This document shows positions 10,222-20,723 of a stretch of 64,000 nucleotides of DNA, piece by piece (the stretch's first letter is position 1; the number at the start of each line of letters is the position of its first letter). The notes under the pieces were generated by a model. The model did not search any database. It was not told the origin of the DNA and was given only the letters and a program-made list of their open reading frames with translations. The position numbers were made by a program, and so were the translations under genes. This DNA comes from Pseudomonadota bacterium (lineage in GTDB: Bacteria; Pseudomonadota; Gammaproteobacteria; Nitrosococcales; Methylophagaceae). The stretch lies in contig JALIBN010000008.1 in the NCBI GenBank assembly GCA_030576275.1, positions 3,925 to 67,924 on the forward strand, in the 5' to 3' direction.

Positions 10222-10605
10222 TTATTCATCTAAAGATTTCTCGTAAGCCTCTGCTGATAAAAGTCCATCTATGTCAGCTACATTATCTGGATGAATTTTA
10301 AACAACCAACCATCGCCAAATGGTTGTTGATTTATTAGTTCAGGCTCATCGACTAATGCCATATTAATTGCTGAGATCTCACCACTCACTGGCATATAAA
10401 TATCTGATGCTGCTTTAACTGATTCTAACAACATACATTCTTCTTTTGCCGCAAAACGCTGCCCGACTTCTGGTAACTCAGCAAACACAAGGTCACCGAG
10501 TAAATCTTGAGCATGCTCGGTTACACCTACCGTTAATTCGCCGCCATCTTCAGGGCGAACCCATTCGTGTGTTTCTGCATATTTTAAAGAACTAGGGTCA
10601 CTCAT
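10222..10605 (-). CDS. gcvH: glycine-cleavage H-type lipoyl carrier protein
   Basis: Motifs are YAETHEWV and the lipoyl-lysine motif ESVKAASDIY. I prefer ATG 10605; the track start at 10611 is TTG. The ATG lies 2 nt after the malQ stop. Confidence 0.85.
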   Translation of the reverse strand: MSDPSSLKYAETHEWVRPEDGGELTVGVTEHAQDLLGDLVFAELPEVGQRFAAKEECMLLESVKAASDIYMPVSGEISAINMALVDEPELINQQPFGDGWLFKIHPDNVADIDGLLSAEAYEKSLDE

Positions 10606-10607
10606 AT

Positions 10608-12056
10608 TCAACTTCGCCCATATAATTTATTTAAGTTTTTCAATTTAGGTACACAGTCCTCATCAACCATGTCCCAATCAAGTTGCCATGCCCAGTTACC
10701 TTCAGTAGTACCGGGTACATTCATTCTATGTTCTCCACCCAAGGCCAATAAATCTTGCATGGGAAGCACTGCTAACTGTGAAACAGATTGAAGTAGAGCG
10801 CGAACCAGTAACCATGGCATCGCTTCTGTCGTTTCGCCAAAATATTCATGGACATGCGCTTTGGTAGTTTCATCCAAGCTATCAAACCAACCCATAGTCG
10901 TATCGTTATCATGCGTTCCCGTATAAGCAACGCTATCTTGGCAATGTTGATGTGGTAAATATGGATTACTAGCATCGCCACCAAAGGCAAATTGCAAAAT
11001 CTTCATACCTGGCATGCCATATTTTTCACGTAAAGCAGTCACTTCATCAGTAATAATGCCGAGGTCTTCAGCAACTAAAGGCAGTTCGCCAAAAGTGGCT
11101 AATAAGGCACCAAACAATGCATCTCCCGGTGCAGGTACCCATTGTCCTTCGACTGCCGTAGCACAATCGGCAGGGATTTCCCAACAGGCTTCAAATCCTC
11201 TGAAATGATCAATACGTATTAGATCAAATAAATCCAGCTGTGTTTGTAAGCGACGTTGCCACCATAGAAAGCCCGTTTTACTATGTTCATCCCAACGATA
11301 GAGTGGATTTCCCCAACGTTGACCTGTTTCAGAAAAATAATCTGGTGGTACGCCCGCCACTTTTTCTGGCTGCCCATTACTATTTAAGGTAAATAATTCC
11401 GGATTAGCCCAAACATCAACACTATCATGTGCAACAAAAATAGGCATGTCACCAAACAATAATACACCATGCTCATTGGCATAGCTTTTCAAATCTTGCC
11501 ACTGCTGCGCAAAGATAAATTGCTCAAACCGCCGAATATTCAATGCATCTTTACGATCAATACACACTTTTTGTAGTGCCATTTCATTTCGGTCACGTAA
11601 GCCTGCTGGCCATTGAAACCATGCTGTTTGTTGCTGCAACAGCCTAATCTCACGAAACAATACATAATCTTCTAACCAATATTGCTGTGAATCAATAAAA
11701 CTAGTAAATGCTTGCTTATCTTCGTCACTTGCTCGCATTATAAACTGGTAGTAAGCTTGCGCGATTTTAGCCGAACGCTTTAACCCATCGATTTCGACTG
11801 CATTAGCCCATGGTTTCTGCTTAAGCATCTTCATACAAATTAGCTTTGTATTCCCAGCATGTGCAGATAAACACTGATAAGGGGAACCATCACTATGTGT
11901 GGGCCCTAAAGGCAACATCTGCCAAACAGAGACGCCTGCTTTTTCTAATAAATCAACAAATCGATAGGCATCTTCGCCTAATCTCCCTGAAGGTAAACTA
12001 GTAATATGGAGTAAGATACCAGTTCTTCTCTTATGAAACACCCGTGCTTGTTTCAT
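10608..12056 (-). CDS. malQ: 4-alpha-glucanotransferase (amylomaltase, GH77)
   Basis: 482 aa. GH77-typical motifs: GILLHITSLPS, RIDHFRGF, GMPGMKILQFAF and YTGTHDNDT. Confidence 0.9.
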   Translation of the reverse strand: MKQARVFHKRRTGILLHITSLPSGRLGEDAYRFVDLLEKAGVSVWQMLPLGPTHSDGSPYQCLSAHAGNTKLICMKMLKQKPWANAVEIDGLKRSAKIAQAYYQFIMRASDEDKQAFTSFIDSQQYWLEDYVLFREIRLLQQQTAWFQWPAGLRDRNEMALQKVCIDRKDALNIRRFEQFIFAQQWQDLKSYANEHGVLLFGDMPIFVAHDSVDVWANPELFTLNSNGQPEKVAGVPPDYFSETGQRWGNPLYRWDEHSKTGFLWWQRRLQTQLDLFDLIRIDHFRGFEACWEIPADCATAVEGQWVPAPGDALFGALLATFGELPLVAEDLGIITDEVTALREKYGMPGMKILQFAFGGDASNPYLPHQHCQDSVAYTGTHDNDTTMGWFDSLDETTKAHVHEYFGETTEAMPWLLVRALLQSVSQLAVLPMQDLLALGGEHRMNVPGTTEGNWAWQLDWDMVDEDCVPKLKNLNKLYGRS

Positions 12057-12059
12057 AAA

Positions 12060-13757
12060 TTAACCACCGCGCCGCATGGTTCCACCTTGCTCAATACCGC
12101 CTCCACCTTGTGAAACAGCTGCTGACAGAGTATCTGGCACTTCTTCACCTAACATTTGGTAAAGATTGGATAAATGCAGACGGAACAAACGCTCAAAGTC
12201 ACTAACACTATCTGATGAGTTGTAATCACCAAACCACCAGAACCAATCTGAACCTTCACAGATTGCCAATTGCCTTTGCAAAGCATTTAATGTTTCTGGA
12301 TCAAATTTTTCCTTTGCCATCACCTTGTCGTAGCACTGTTTCGCTTCACTTAAAAGGTCCCAGCCGTGATTTTTATCTTTATCACCGATCCATGTTGAAT
12401 ACGAACCATAAACCCAACTACCACCGACCATTTTCGGTAACTCAGTTGCTTGCACACCTTTTTTCAAACATTCAGAGAAGGTGGTTAAATCAATTTCAGG
12501 ATGTTCCGCTAAGCGCGTATAGAGCGTTTGCAAGAAATAATAACCATTATAAGAATAATATTCCCATGCATTTTCACCATCTAATATAACGGAGACCACC
12601 CGGTCTTTTTCGTCTTTTGAATTAGATTTAATGGTTAATAAATGTTTAATGAAATCGTCTACAGCATCATCTGCGCCCCACTTAGTATAAGTAAAACCGA
12701 TTAAATCTGAGAGTCCATCGTCACGATAGAAACAAGCCGGTGATGCACCGGGTAATTTGTATGGTTTGTGAATACTTGCATCCTGAATACCAGATAACTG
12801 CAAACTATTTCGCAATACATTTTCACCAGAGGCAGCCCAATCAAAACCGTGCTGGGTGATTATTTTTAATGTTTCAGTTGAAACGGCACCTTCTGATGGC
12901 CAGCATCCTTTAGGTCTAAAACCAAAAAATGATTCAAAAACGCGTAAACCTTCTTCCATATGCCAATGTACACGTTCTTCACCACCCGGATATTTTGTTA
13001 TTTTAGGCAACGGCGCATCAGGCATTGCTTCATGCGTCGTATTAATATCGAGCAATAAAGGCACAATGGGATGAGCATAAGGAGTTACCGATAGTTCAAC
13101 ACGACCCGTTTCAGCTAAGCGACGATAACGAGGAATTAAATCACTGAGCAATTCACCAATGACGGTCATTAATTGACGACGATCGTGGAAGGTAAAGTGC
13201 TTACCTTTCTTCATTAATTCTTGAATCCGAACATCAGAGCGTCTGACCGATTCACCGATCCAGGCCAGATGGTACCACACCACTAGATCAATCATAAATT
13301 GGTCGTTGATATAATACAGTCTACTAGGCAGTTGTAAAAACCATCGCGCCATTTTCACTAATTTTTCAAAGCGTGGAAATGGTGCGATCAGTTTTTCTTC
13401 ATTGGCTCGTAAACAATCATTAATCAGCTTTTGTCGCTCTTCAATATGCACAGGTTGCACAGGAGAGTCTAAGGCAATTAACAAAGGATCTTTCAATCGA
13501 CCTGTGCCTTTGAAGCGAGATTTTAACTGTTGATCGTAATCGTCAATTTGCTCAATTAATGTTGGTGCAAAGTTAACGACCGCCTTAGCCCCTGGCACAT
13601 TTTCTAAATGCCAGGCCATATCAACATAATCTTTAATCGCATGTAAATAAGTCCAGGGTAACTGATACATTCCCCCCAAAGGTTCACTATATTGTGGCTG
13701 GTGCATATGCCAACATATAACTACTTTTAACTTATCTGCCATAAAAATTGAACTCAC
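12060..13757 (-). CDS. glycoside hydrolase family 57 protein (alpha-glucan acting)
   Basis: It has the N-terminal GH57 signature CWHMHQPQY. At 565 aa it sits between glgC and malQ. The start may be ATG 13742 instead of GTG 13757. Confidence 0.8.
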   Translation of the reverse strand: MSSIFMADKLKVVICWHMHQPQYSEPLGGMYQLPWTYLHAIKDYVDMAWHLENVPGAKAVVNFAPTLIEQIDDYDQQLKSRFKGTGRLKDPLLIALDSPVQPVHIEERQKLINDCLRANEEKLIAPFPRFEKLVKMARWFLQLPSRLYYINDQFMIDLVVWYHLAWIGESVRRSDVRIQELMKKGKHFTFHDRRQLMTVIGELLSDLIPRYRRLAETGRVELSVTPYAHPIVPLLLDINTTHEAMPDAPLPKITKYPGGEERVHWHMEEGLRVFESFFGFRPKGCWPSEGAVSTETLKIITQHGFDWAASGENVLRNSLQLSGIQDASIHKPYKLPGASPACFYRDDGLSDLIGFTYTKWGADDAVDDFIKHLLTIKSNSKDEKDRVVSVILDGENAWEYYSYNGYYFLQTLYTRLAEHPEIDLTTFSECLKKGVQATELPKMVGGSWVYGSYSTWIGDKDKNHGWDLLSEAKQCYDKVMAKEKFDPETLNALQRQLAICEGSDWFWWFGDYNSSDSVSDFERLFRLHLSNLYQMLGEEVPDTLSAAVSQGGGGIEQGGTMRRGG

Positions 13758-13804
13758 TATAAAAATAAAAAGGTTGGTGCATTTCTCTGCATGAAACTAA
13801 CAAA

Positions 13805-15070
13805 TTATCTAACATAACGATAATTCTGTCCTAACATTTCAGGAGTAACTAACACCACACCAGATGGAGATATTTCATATTTTTCTGCGTCTGCAATGGG
13901 GTCTTCGCCAATAATAGTGCCATCAGGAACTTCACAACCTTTATCTAGGACGACTTTGGTCAACCGACAGTTTCTTCCAACAGTTACATCCGGTAGGACG
14001 ACACAATTATTAAGTGTTGAATAGCTTTGTATTGCTACTTTAGAAAACAACACAGAATGCCTTACTACCGCACCAGAAATAATACAGCCGCCAGAGACCA
14101 TAGAATCAACAGCCATACCTCGACGGTCATCATCATCAAATACAAATTTTGCTGGAGGTAATTGCGCTTGATGTGTCCAGATTGGCCAATCATCATCGTA
14201 TAAATTCAATTCAGGCGTGATGCCTATCAGTTCTAAATTAGCAGACCAAAATGCATCAATAGTACCCACATCGCGCCAGTAACCTGGGTCATTTCCTTGT
14301 ACATCTTTATAGGGAAATGCTAGTACTTTATATTTGGCAATCAGAGCTGGGATAATGTCATGTCCAAAATCATGTGTTGAATTGGGTGTATCCGCATCTT
14401 TAATTAATTGTTCATATAAAAATGCCGCATTAAAAACATAAATACCCATTGAGGCTAACGCAGAATCTTTTCTACCAGGCATCGGCGTTGGGTTATCGGG
14501 CTTTTCATCGAAGGCGACTATACGACGATTGACATCAACCGACATAACACCAAAGGCTTTTGCTTCTTCCAATGGCACTTCTAAACAACCAATTGTCATG
14601 TCTGCGCCTTGCGCGACATGTTCAGCTATCATGTCACCGTAATCCATTTTGTAAATATGATCGCCGGCTAGAATAAGTACATATTCTGGGCCATGATTTC
14701 TTAAAATATCGACATTTTGATAAACAGCATCCGCTGTTCCGGTATACCAACCCTGTTCAGTTCGTTGCGAAGCAGGTAATAACTCAACAAACTCACCCAA
14801 CTCACCGCGCATAAAGCCCCAGCCCTGCTGAATATGGCGCATTAATGAATGCGCTTTATATTGGGTTAATACGCCAACCCTACGTATCCCTGAATTCACA
14901 CAATTTGATAAGGGGAAATCGATGATTCTAAATTTACCACCAAACGGTACCGCTGGTTTTGCTCGCCAATCAGTTAACTGCTTAAGTCGAGAGCCCCGCC
15001 CTCCTGCTAGAACAAGTGCTAAAGTATCGCGAGTAAGACGACTTACGAATCGCGTGCTATTATCTGCCAT
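13805..15070 (-). CDS. glgC: glucose-1-phosphate adenylyltransferase
   Basis: Start moved to ATG 15070 (MADNSTRF). The motif is [37 protein letters not shown]. Confidence 0.9.
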   Translation of the reverse strand: MADNSTRFVSRLTRDTLALVLAGGRGSRLKQLTDWRAKPAVPFGGKFRIIDFPLSNCVNSGIRRVGVLTQYKAHSLMRHIQQGWGFMRGELGEFVELLPASQRTEQGWYTGTADAVYQNVDILRNHGPEYVLILAGDHIYKMDYGDMIAEHVAQGADMTIGCLEVPLEEAKAFGVMSVDVNRRIVAFDEKPDNPTPMPGRKDSALASMGIYVFNAAFLYEQLIKDADTPNSTHDFGHDIIPALIAKYKVLAFPYKDVQGNDPGYWRDVGTIDAFWSANLELIGITPELNLYDDDWPIWTHQAQLPPAKFVFDDDDRRGMAVDSMVSGGCIISGAVVRHSVLFSKVAIQSYSTLNNCVVLPDVTVGRNCRLTKVVLDKGCEVPDGTIIGEDPIADAEKYEISPSGVVLVTPEMLGQNYRYVR

Positions 15071-15175
15071 ATGAGTTCTCCGTTGGCTGGTTAACCTAAT
15101 CGTTACTAATTGGCTATTAGCCTGCCACAAGCACTCAAATACGGCAATAAAAAAATAAAATTTAGGATCCAAATC

Positions 15176-17350
15176 ATGATTGTAGCCAAAACATTATCCG
15201 ATGACTTAATTAAAATTATAGAAGCTAGTCACCATGATCCTTTTAGTATCCTTGGGCCGCATACCAATCAAGAGACAACAACCGTTACGCTTTTTTTGCC
15301 AGATACCAGTAAAGCTTGGTTGAATAATGACATTGTTTTAAGCCGCATTGAAGGCACTGATCTTTTCCAATGGACTGGCAATAGCATCGATCTCATCTTG
15401 CCGTATAAAGTTAATCGCCTCACAGGCAGTGGCATTCCTATTAGTCAGGTTGATCCATATTGCTTCCCTCCCCAACTATCAGAATTTGATATTCATTTAT
15501 TTTCTGAAGGTAAACATTGGCATGCTTACCGAATTTTAGGAGCTCATCAACAACAAATTGATGGAGTTGATGGTGTCTTGTTTGCAACTTGGGCACCAAG
15601 TGCTCAGCGCGTCAGCGTTGTAGGCGGTTTCAATAGCTGGGATGGGCGATGTCACCCCATGCGTGTCCGCGGTGGTAGTGGTGTATGGGAATTGTTTATC
15701 CCAGGACTTACCGCTGGTGACTTATATAAATTTGAAATTAAAAATCAACACGATGGTTCACTTCATTCAAAAATGGACCCTTACGCCCAACAAGCTGAAT
15801 TACGTCCAGGAACCGCATCGGTTGTAGCGACAACAAGTGTTCATCAATGGCAAGATTCTGACTGGATGACAAAACGCCAAGGCACCGACTGGTTACATCA
15901 ACCACATTCAGTTTATGAAGTACATTTAGGTTCATGGAGACGTAATGAACTAGGCGCGTTCCTCACCTATCGCGATTTTGCTGAGCAAATGGTTCCCTAC
16001 GTAAAAAAAATGGGCTTTACTCATATTGAACTATTGCCTATTACAGAACATCCACTTGATATCTCTTGGGGCTATCAAACAACAGGCTATTTCTCACCTA
16101 CCAGTCGTTTCGGTACGCCTGATGAACTGCGCTATTTTATTGATCAATGTCATCAAAATAACATTGGTATCATTCTTGACTGGGTACCGGGACATTTTCC
16201 TAAAGATGCTCATGGTTTAGCTAAATTTGATGGCAGTGCCCTGTACGAACATGCTGATCCTCGCCAAGGGGAACATCAAGATTGGGGTACATTAATTTTC
16301 AACTATGGCCGAAGTGAAGTTACTAACTTCCTGTTATCTAGCGCTTTTTATTGGCTAGAAGAATTCCATATCGATGGTTTGCGTGTAGATGCAGTAGCGT
16401 CAATGCTGTATCTCGATTATTCACGTGAAGATGGGCAGTGGATACCTAATCAATACGGTGGCCGCGAAAATCTTGAAGTAATTGATTTCTTGAAACAAAT
16501 GAACACCGTATTGCACAAAGAACACCCAGGCTGTTTGATTGCCGCTGAAGAATCAACATCCTACCCAATGGTCTCGCGTCCTGCACATATGGGGGGACTT
16601 GGTTTTTCAATGAAATGGAATATGGGTTGGATGCATGACATTCTTGAATATATGAAAGAAGATGCTATCCATCGTCGCTACCATCACGATGCGCTAACAT
16701 TCGGCTTGCTATACGCTTTCACCGAAAACTTTGTCTTACCGTTTTCACATGATGAGGTCGTTCATGGCAAAAAATCAATGCTCAACAAAATGCCCGGTGA
16801 TGATTGGCAGCGCTTTGCTAATTTAAGGTTGCTTTACACCTTCATGTTTACATACCCAGGTAAGAAGTTACTGTTTATGGGCTCAGAATTTGCTCAAGGT
16901 ACAGAATGGAACAGTGAACAAGCTTTAGATTGGTATGTACTTGAGTATCCGCTTCATAAGGGCATGCAAACACTAGTAGCTGACTTAAATAAAACTTACA
17001 CTGAAACACCCGCGTTGCACGTGCATGATTTTGATCCGCATGGTTTTGAATGGATTGATTGTAATGACCGCGAACATTCCATACTCAGTTACCTTCGTAA
17101 AAATGGTAATGACTTTGTCATAACAATCTTCAATTTCACTCCTGTACCTAGAAAAAATTACCGGATAGGTGTGCCTGAAGCAGGATGTTATGAAATCATG
17201 CTGAATTCAGATTCTGAATTTTATGGTGGTAGTAACTTTGAAAATAAGCTTGAAATTGTTGCTGAAAAACAACCCTGGTCAGACCGACCTTATTCTGTTT
17301 CGCTAAACCTTCCGCCACTTGCAGGTTTAGTATTACGTAAAATAGGCTAA
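15176..17350 (+). CDS. glgB: 1,4-alpha-glucan branching enzyme (GH13)
   Basis: Start at ATG 15176 (MIVAKTL). Catalytic-region motifs: [25 protein letters not shown] and [10 protein letters not shown]. Confidence 0.9.
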   Translation: MIVAKTLSDDLIKIIEASHHDPFSILGPHTNQETTTVTLFLPDTSKAWLNNDIVLSRIEGTDLFQWTGNSIDLILPYKVNRLTGSGIPISQVDPYCFPPQLSEFDIHLFSEGKHWHAYRILGAHQQQIDGVDGVLFATWAPSAQRVSVVGGFNSWDGRCHPMRVRGGSGVWELFIPGLTAGDLYKFEIKNQHDGSLHSKMDPYAQQAELRPGTASVVATTSVHQWQDSDWMTKRQGTDWLHQPHSVYEVHLGSWRRNELGAFLTYRDFAEQMVPYVKKMGFTHIELLPITEHPLDISWGYQTTGYFSPTSRFGTPDELRYFIDQCHQNNIGIILDWVPGHFPKDAHGLAKFDGSALYEHADPRQGEHQDWGTLIFNYGRSEVTNFLLSSAFYWLEEFHIDGLRVDAVASMLYLDYSREDGQWIPNQYGGRENLEVIDFLKQMNTVLHKEHPGCLIAAEESTSYPMVSRPAHMGGLGFSMKWNMGWMHDILEYMKEDAIHRRYHHDALTFGLLYAFTENFVLPFSHDEVVHGKKSMLNKMPGDDWQRFANLRLLYTFMFTYPGKKLLFMGSEFAQGTEWNSEQALDWYVLEYPLHKGMQTLVADLNKTYTETPALHVHDFDPHGFEWIDCNDREHSILSYLRKNGNDFVITIFNFTPVPRKNYRIGVPEAGCYEIMLNSDSEFYGGSNFENKLEIVAEKQPWSDRPYSVSLNLPPLAGLVLRKIG

Positions 17351-17362
17351 ATTGTTCATCTC

Positions 17363-18145
17363 ATGTCCAAACAAAATAGTTTATCTCGACGAGAATACGA
17401 TAAACAGAAAGAAATCTTACAGATTGAGCTCTTAAAAGTCCAAAATTGGGCGAAGAAGAATGGCGAACGTATTATTGTATTGTTCGAGGGGAGAGATGCC
17501 GCCGGCAAAGGCGGGGCTATAAAACGCTATATGGAACATCTTAACCCTCGCGGCGCACGCGTAGTAGCATTAGAAAAGCCTGGTAATACAGAACGGGGTC
17601 AGTGGTATTTTCAACGCTATGTTGAACAATTGCCCACTGCTGGTGAAATCGTCTTGTTTGATCGTTCATGGTATAACCGTGCCGGCGTAGAACGGGTGAT
17701 GAATTTCTGCACTGAAGATGAATATCAGCAATTTTTAGTTCAAGTACCAGAATTTGAGAAAATGTTAATTGATAGTGGTGTTCGTCTATTCAAATATTGG
17801 TTTTCTGTAAGTCGTGATGAAGAATTTTCGCGCTTTCAGGATAGAAAGAAAGATCCTTTAAAACGCTGGAAGCTCAGCCCTATAGATGTGGCATCACTCG
17901 ACAAATGGGATGATTATACTGCGGCAAAAGAAGCCATGTTCATGTATCGCCATACCCCGCGCTCGCCATGGACTGTGGTGAAATCAAATGATAAAAAGCA
18001 AGCGCGTTTAAATTGCATGAGCCACTTTCTTAATAACTTACCTTACGATGATAAAGAAACAAATATTATGGCCATTGCTGATCCAAAATTGGTCTATGAA
18101 CCCGTACTACATGTTTTCTCACGGAGGGAAAAAGATGTCTCTTAA
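17363..18145 (+). CDS. ppk2: polyphosphate kinase 2
   Basis: 260 aa with the PPK2 Walker A motif FEGRDAAGKGG and FDRSWYNRAGVERV. Confidence 0.85.
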   Translation: MSKQNSLSRREYDKQKEILQIELLKVQNWAKKNGERIIVLFEGRDAAGKGGAIKRYMEHLNPRGARVVALEKPGNTERGQWYFQRYVEQLPTAGEIVLFDRSWYNRAGVERVMNFCTEDEYQQFLVQVPEFEKMLIDSGVRLFKYWFSVSRDEEFSRFQDRKKDPLKRWKLSPIDVASLDKWDDYTAAKEAMFMYRHTPRSPWTVVKSNDKKQARLNCMSHFLNNLPYDDKETNIMAIADPKLVYEPVLHVFSRREKDVS

Positions 18146-18362
18146 CAATGAATACGTGCATGCAGAACAGGTTGTCGAACATTTTAAGGCAACGTTACCT
18201 ATAAGTATCAACAAGCTAATCACAAAAAAACACTATGACGAACTTACGCTAATGATTGAGTCAGCCATCAATGTATCGGTTGTTTCTACACTGGAAAAAA
18301 ATGCCAAAAAGCTAGAAATTCTGGCACAAGAAATACGCTCTCAACAAAAAGATAGCATTTAA
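18135..18362 (+). CDS. hypothetical small protein (75 aa)
   Basis: ATG 18135 overlaps the ppk2 3' end by 11 nt. I recognise no family. The coding call rests only on ORF length and the coupled arrangement. Confidence 0.35.
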   Translation: MSLNNEYVHAEQVVEHFKATLPISINKLITKKHYDELTLMIESAINVSVVSTLEKNAKKLEILAQEIRSQQKDSI

Positions 18363-18408
18363 TGTTTGTCAGCTTGTAGCTTTTGCCAAGCTAGTTAAAA
18401 GTTAGCTA

Positions 18409-19818
18409 TCATTCTTCTGCTAATAATTTAAATGTAGCTAACGCACGATTACGTCCAACACTCAAATCAACCATCGGTTCAGGATAGCCTCTCGGTCTAT
18501 TCATTTTTGTTGGCATATGAATTTCTTTGTCAGATAAATGAGCTAGTTCAGGTACGTAATGGCGAATAAATTCACCTTCTGGATCAAAACGCTTAGATTG
18601 TGTAACAGGATTGAAGATCCTGAAATAAGGTACAGAATCAGTGCCCGTTGATGCTGACCATTGCCATCCCCCATTATTAGCAGCTAGCTCCCCATCAATA
18701 AGATGCTGCATAAACCAGCGTTCACCTAAGCGCCAATCTAGCAATAAATGTTTACTCAAAAACATGGCAGTGACCATACGTAATCTATTATGCATCCAGC
18801 CGCGAGCAAGTAACTGTCTCATTGCAGCATCAATAAGTGGAAATCCTGTCTGGCCTTGTTGCCATGCCATTAATTCCTGCTCATTTTGACGCCATTCAAT
18901 TTTCTCTGTTAGCGGTTTCCATGGCTTATGACGTGAAACATACGGATAATCTATCAGCACATGTTTATAAAACTCACGCCATAACAGTTCATTCTGCCAA
19001 ACATGTACGCTGTCATTAGGTTCACAATATTGCCAAGATGCATTCCAACACTGACGTACTGAAATAATACCGCTCGCTAGATAAGGCGATAAGCGACTAG
19101 TGCCGCCTAATGAAGGGATATCACGGTGTTGTTTATAATTACCGATAGTTTTCTGACAAAAGTTAACAAGCCTTGAAAAGGCATGGTGTTCCCCAGCAGG
19201 CCAAAAATGCTGGATATCTTGTGAGATATTTGGCCATATTATATCTTTAAGCCCAGACTCTTCTGCCAACTCCGGCAAAGTGATAGCTATTTGTGACGGT
19301 GGTGTAGGGTATAAATATAACGATTGTTCCAGTTGTTGTTTAGCCTCTTTTGCAAAAGGCGTAAACACTTTAAACGGCGTGCCAGTTTTCGTTCTTACTG
19401 TCGAAGGCGGCAATAATAACTGATCATGATAATTTTGATACTCGACAGTAATTTTTCTACAACTATCAATCACATTTTGATCTCTAAGGCGCTCATTAAT
19501 GGGGTATTCATGATTAAAATGAAGTCGTTCAATTTCCCACTGTTGGCAGATTTTTTCAATTAAAAGGGGGATCTGTTGATAGCTGTCAACTTGGAAAAAA
19601 TGTAGCTCAATATTTAACTCGGCTAGCGCATTTTGTAAGCATAGTAAATTGCGCCGCCAAAAATCTATTTTCACATCGGCTTCATCATGTTCGCGCCATT
19701 GCTGTGGGGTAGCAATATATATTGCACTGACGGCTTTGCCTTGTTCGCAGGCATGATAGAGTGCAGGATTATCACTTACACGTAAATCATTACGAAACCA
19801 AACTAATTGATGTGACAT
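18409..19818 (-). CDS. phrB: deoxyribodipyrimidine photolyase
   Basis: Start at ATG 19818 (MSHQLVWFRNDLRVSDNPAL), which makes a TAATG overlap with the merR-type gene. C-terminal FAD-binding motifs are WREFY and NNGGWQW. Confidence 0.9.
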   Translation of the reverse strand: MSHQLVWFRNDLRVSDNPALYHACEQGKAVSAIYIATPQQWREHDEADVKIDFWRRNLLCLQNALAELNIELHFFQVDSYQQIPLLIEKICQQWEIERLHFNHEYPINERLRDQNVIDSCRKITVEYQNYHDQLLLPPSTVRTKTGTPFKVFTPFAKEAKQQLEQSLYLYPTPPSQIAITLPELAEESGLKDIIWPNISQDIQHFWPAGEHHAFSRLVNFCQKTIGNYKQHRDIPSLGGTSRLSPYLASGIISVRQCWNASWQYCEPNDSVHVWQNELLWREFYKHVLIDYPYVSRHKPWKPLTEKIEWRQNEQELMAWQQGQTGFPLIDAAMRQLLARGWMHNRLRMVTAMFLSKHLLLDWRLGERWFMQHLIDGELAANNGGWQWSASTGTDSVPYFRIFNPVTQSKRFDPEGEFIRHYVPELAHLSDKEIHMPTKMNRPRGYPEPMVDLSVGRNRALATFKLLAEE

Positions 19819-20723
19819 TATTGCTGTCCTATACTTACTAACCAAGCCTGAAATTTAGCTGATTGCCAACATTCACTAGCACTTCCTCCCTTAAATTTAA
19901 TCTCTAATTCAGTTAAATGTTCACTATGAATATCCGCTACCCGACCCGCACAAAATGAGTTACATGACCATGATGTTATAAGTTTGGATAACTGCTTCAT
20001 TTCTAGAATATTTAAACGTCGATCAGCAAATAAAATAATAGGGAGTCCATCTGTCTGATTTAATCTATTTAAGCATGCTATATCCTTGATGTTATTAATA
20101 GCATCAATTCGTAGACCTGCCTGTAATAACAAGCCATGAAATAACCAGTAATCTAATGAGGGTCGTTCAGAACCTAAATTGACTACCATGCAATGAGCGT
20201 TGGATTTTTGCTTATCAGCCCGTAATGTCATCAAGCTTATTTGTCGTTGCCAGCACTGCTGCCATAACTGTAATTCTAATTCGTAACCATGCTCTTTAGC
20301 TTGCCAACGCTCCTTTAATAAAAGCTGGAATGGTTGGTAAACATTTTCGCATAAGCTTATAAATGGTGTCGATTTATTAAGCAGATCGATCAATTGATTT
20401 AAACTTCGTGGCCTTAATTTAATGAGTTCAGTAAGTATCTTCTGTTGTGTCTTTAGCCAATGATTATGACTCTCTGGCACTTGTTTAAAGTCTTTATTAC
20501 TGGCTAGTAATGGGGCGACCTTACTGATAGATACGCCTCTATTAAGCCAGCCTATAATTAGATGAATTTCATCGATATTAGCCTGTTTGTAGCACCGATG
20601 TCCTTTGGGCGTTCTCTCCGGTTTAATTAAACCATAGCGTCGTTCCCATGCACGTAAAGTGACAGCTGCTACACCAGTTTGTTGGCTAACATATCCGATA
20701 TTGAATATTCGTTCAGATTGCAT
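19818..20723 (-). CDS. MerR-family transcriptional regulator (photolyase-operon associated)
   Basis: It has the N-terminal MerR HTH IGYVSQQTGVAAVTLRAWERRYGL. It overlaps both neighbours, ybgA-like and phrB. Confidence 0.8.
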   Translation of the reverse strand: MQSERIFNIGYVSQQTGVAAVTLRAWERRYGLIKPERTPKGHRCYKQANIDEIHLIIGWLNRGVSISKVAPLLASNKDFKQVPESHNHWLKTQQKILTELIKLRPRSLNQLIDLLNKSTPFISLCENVYQPFQLLLKERWQAKEHGYELELQLWQQCWQRQISLMTLRADKQKSNAHCMVVNLGSERPSLDYWLFHGLLLQAGLRIDAINNIKDIACLNRLNQTDGLPIILFADRRLNILEMKQLSKLITSWSCNSFCAGRVADIHSEHLTELEIKFKGGSASECWQSAKFQAWLVSIGQQ

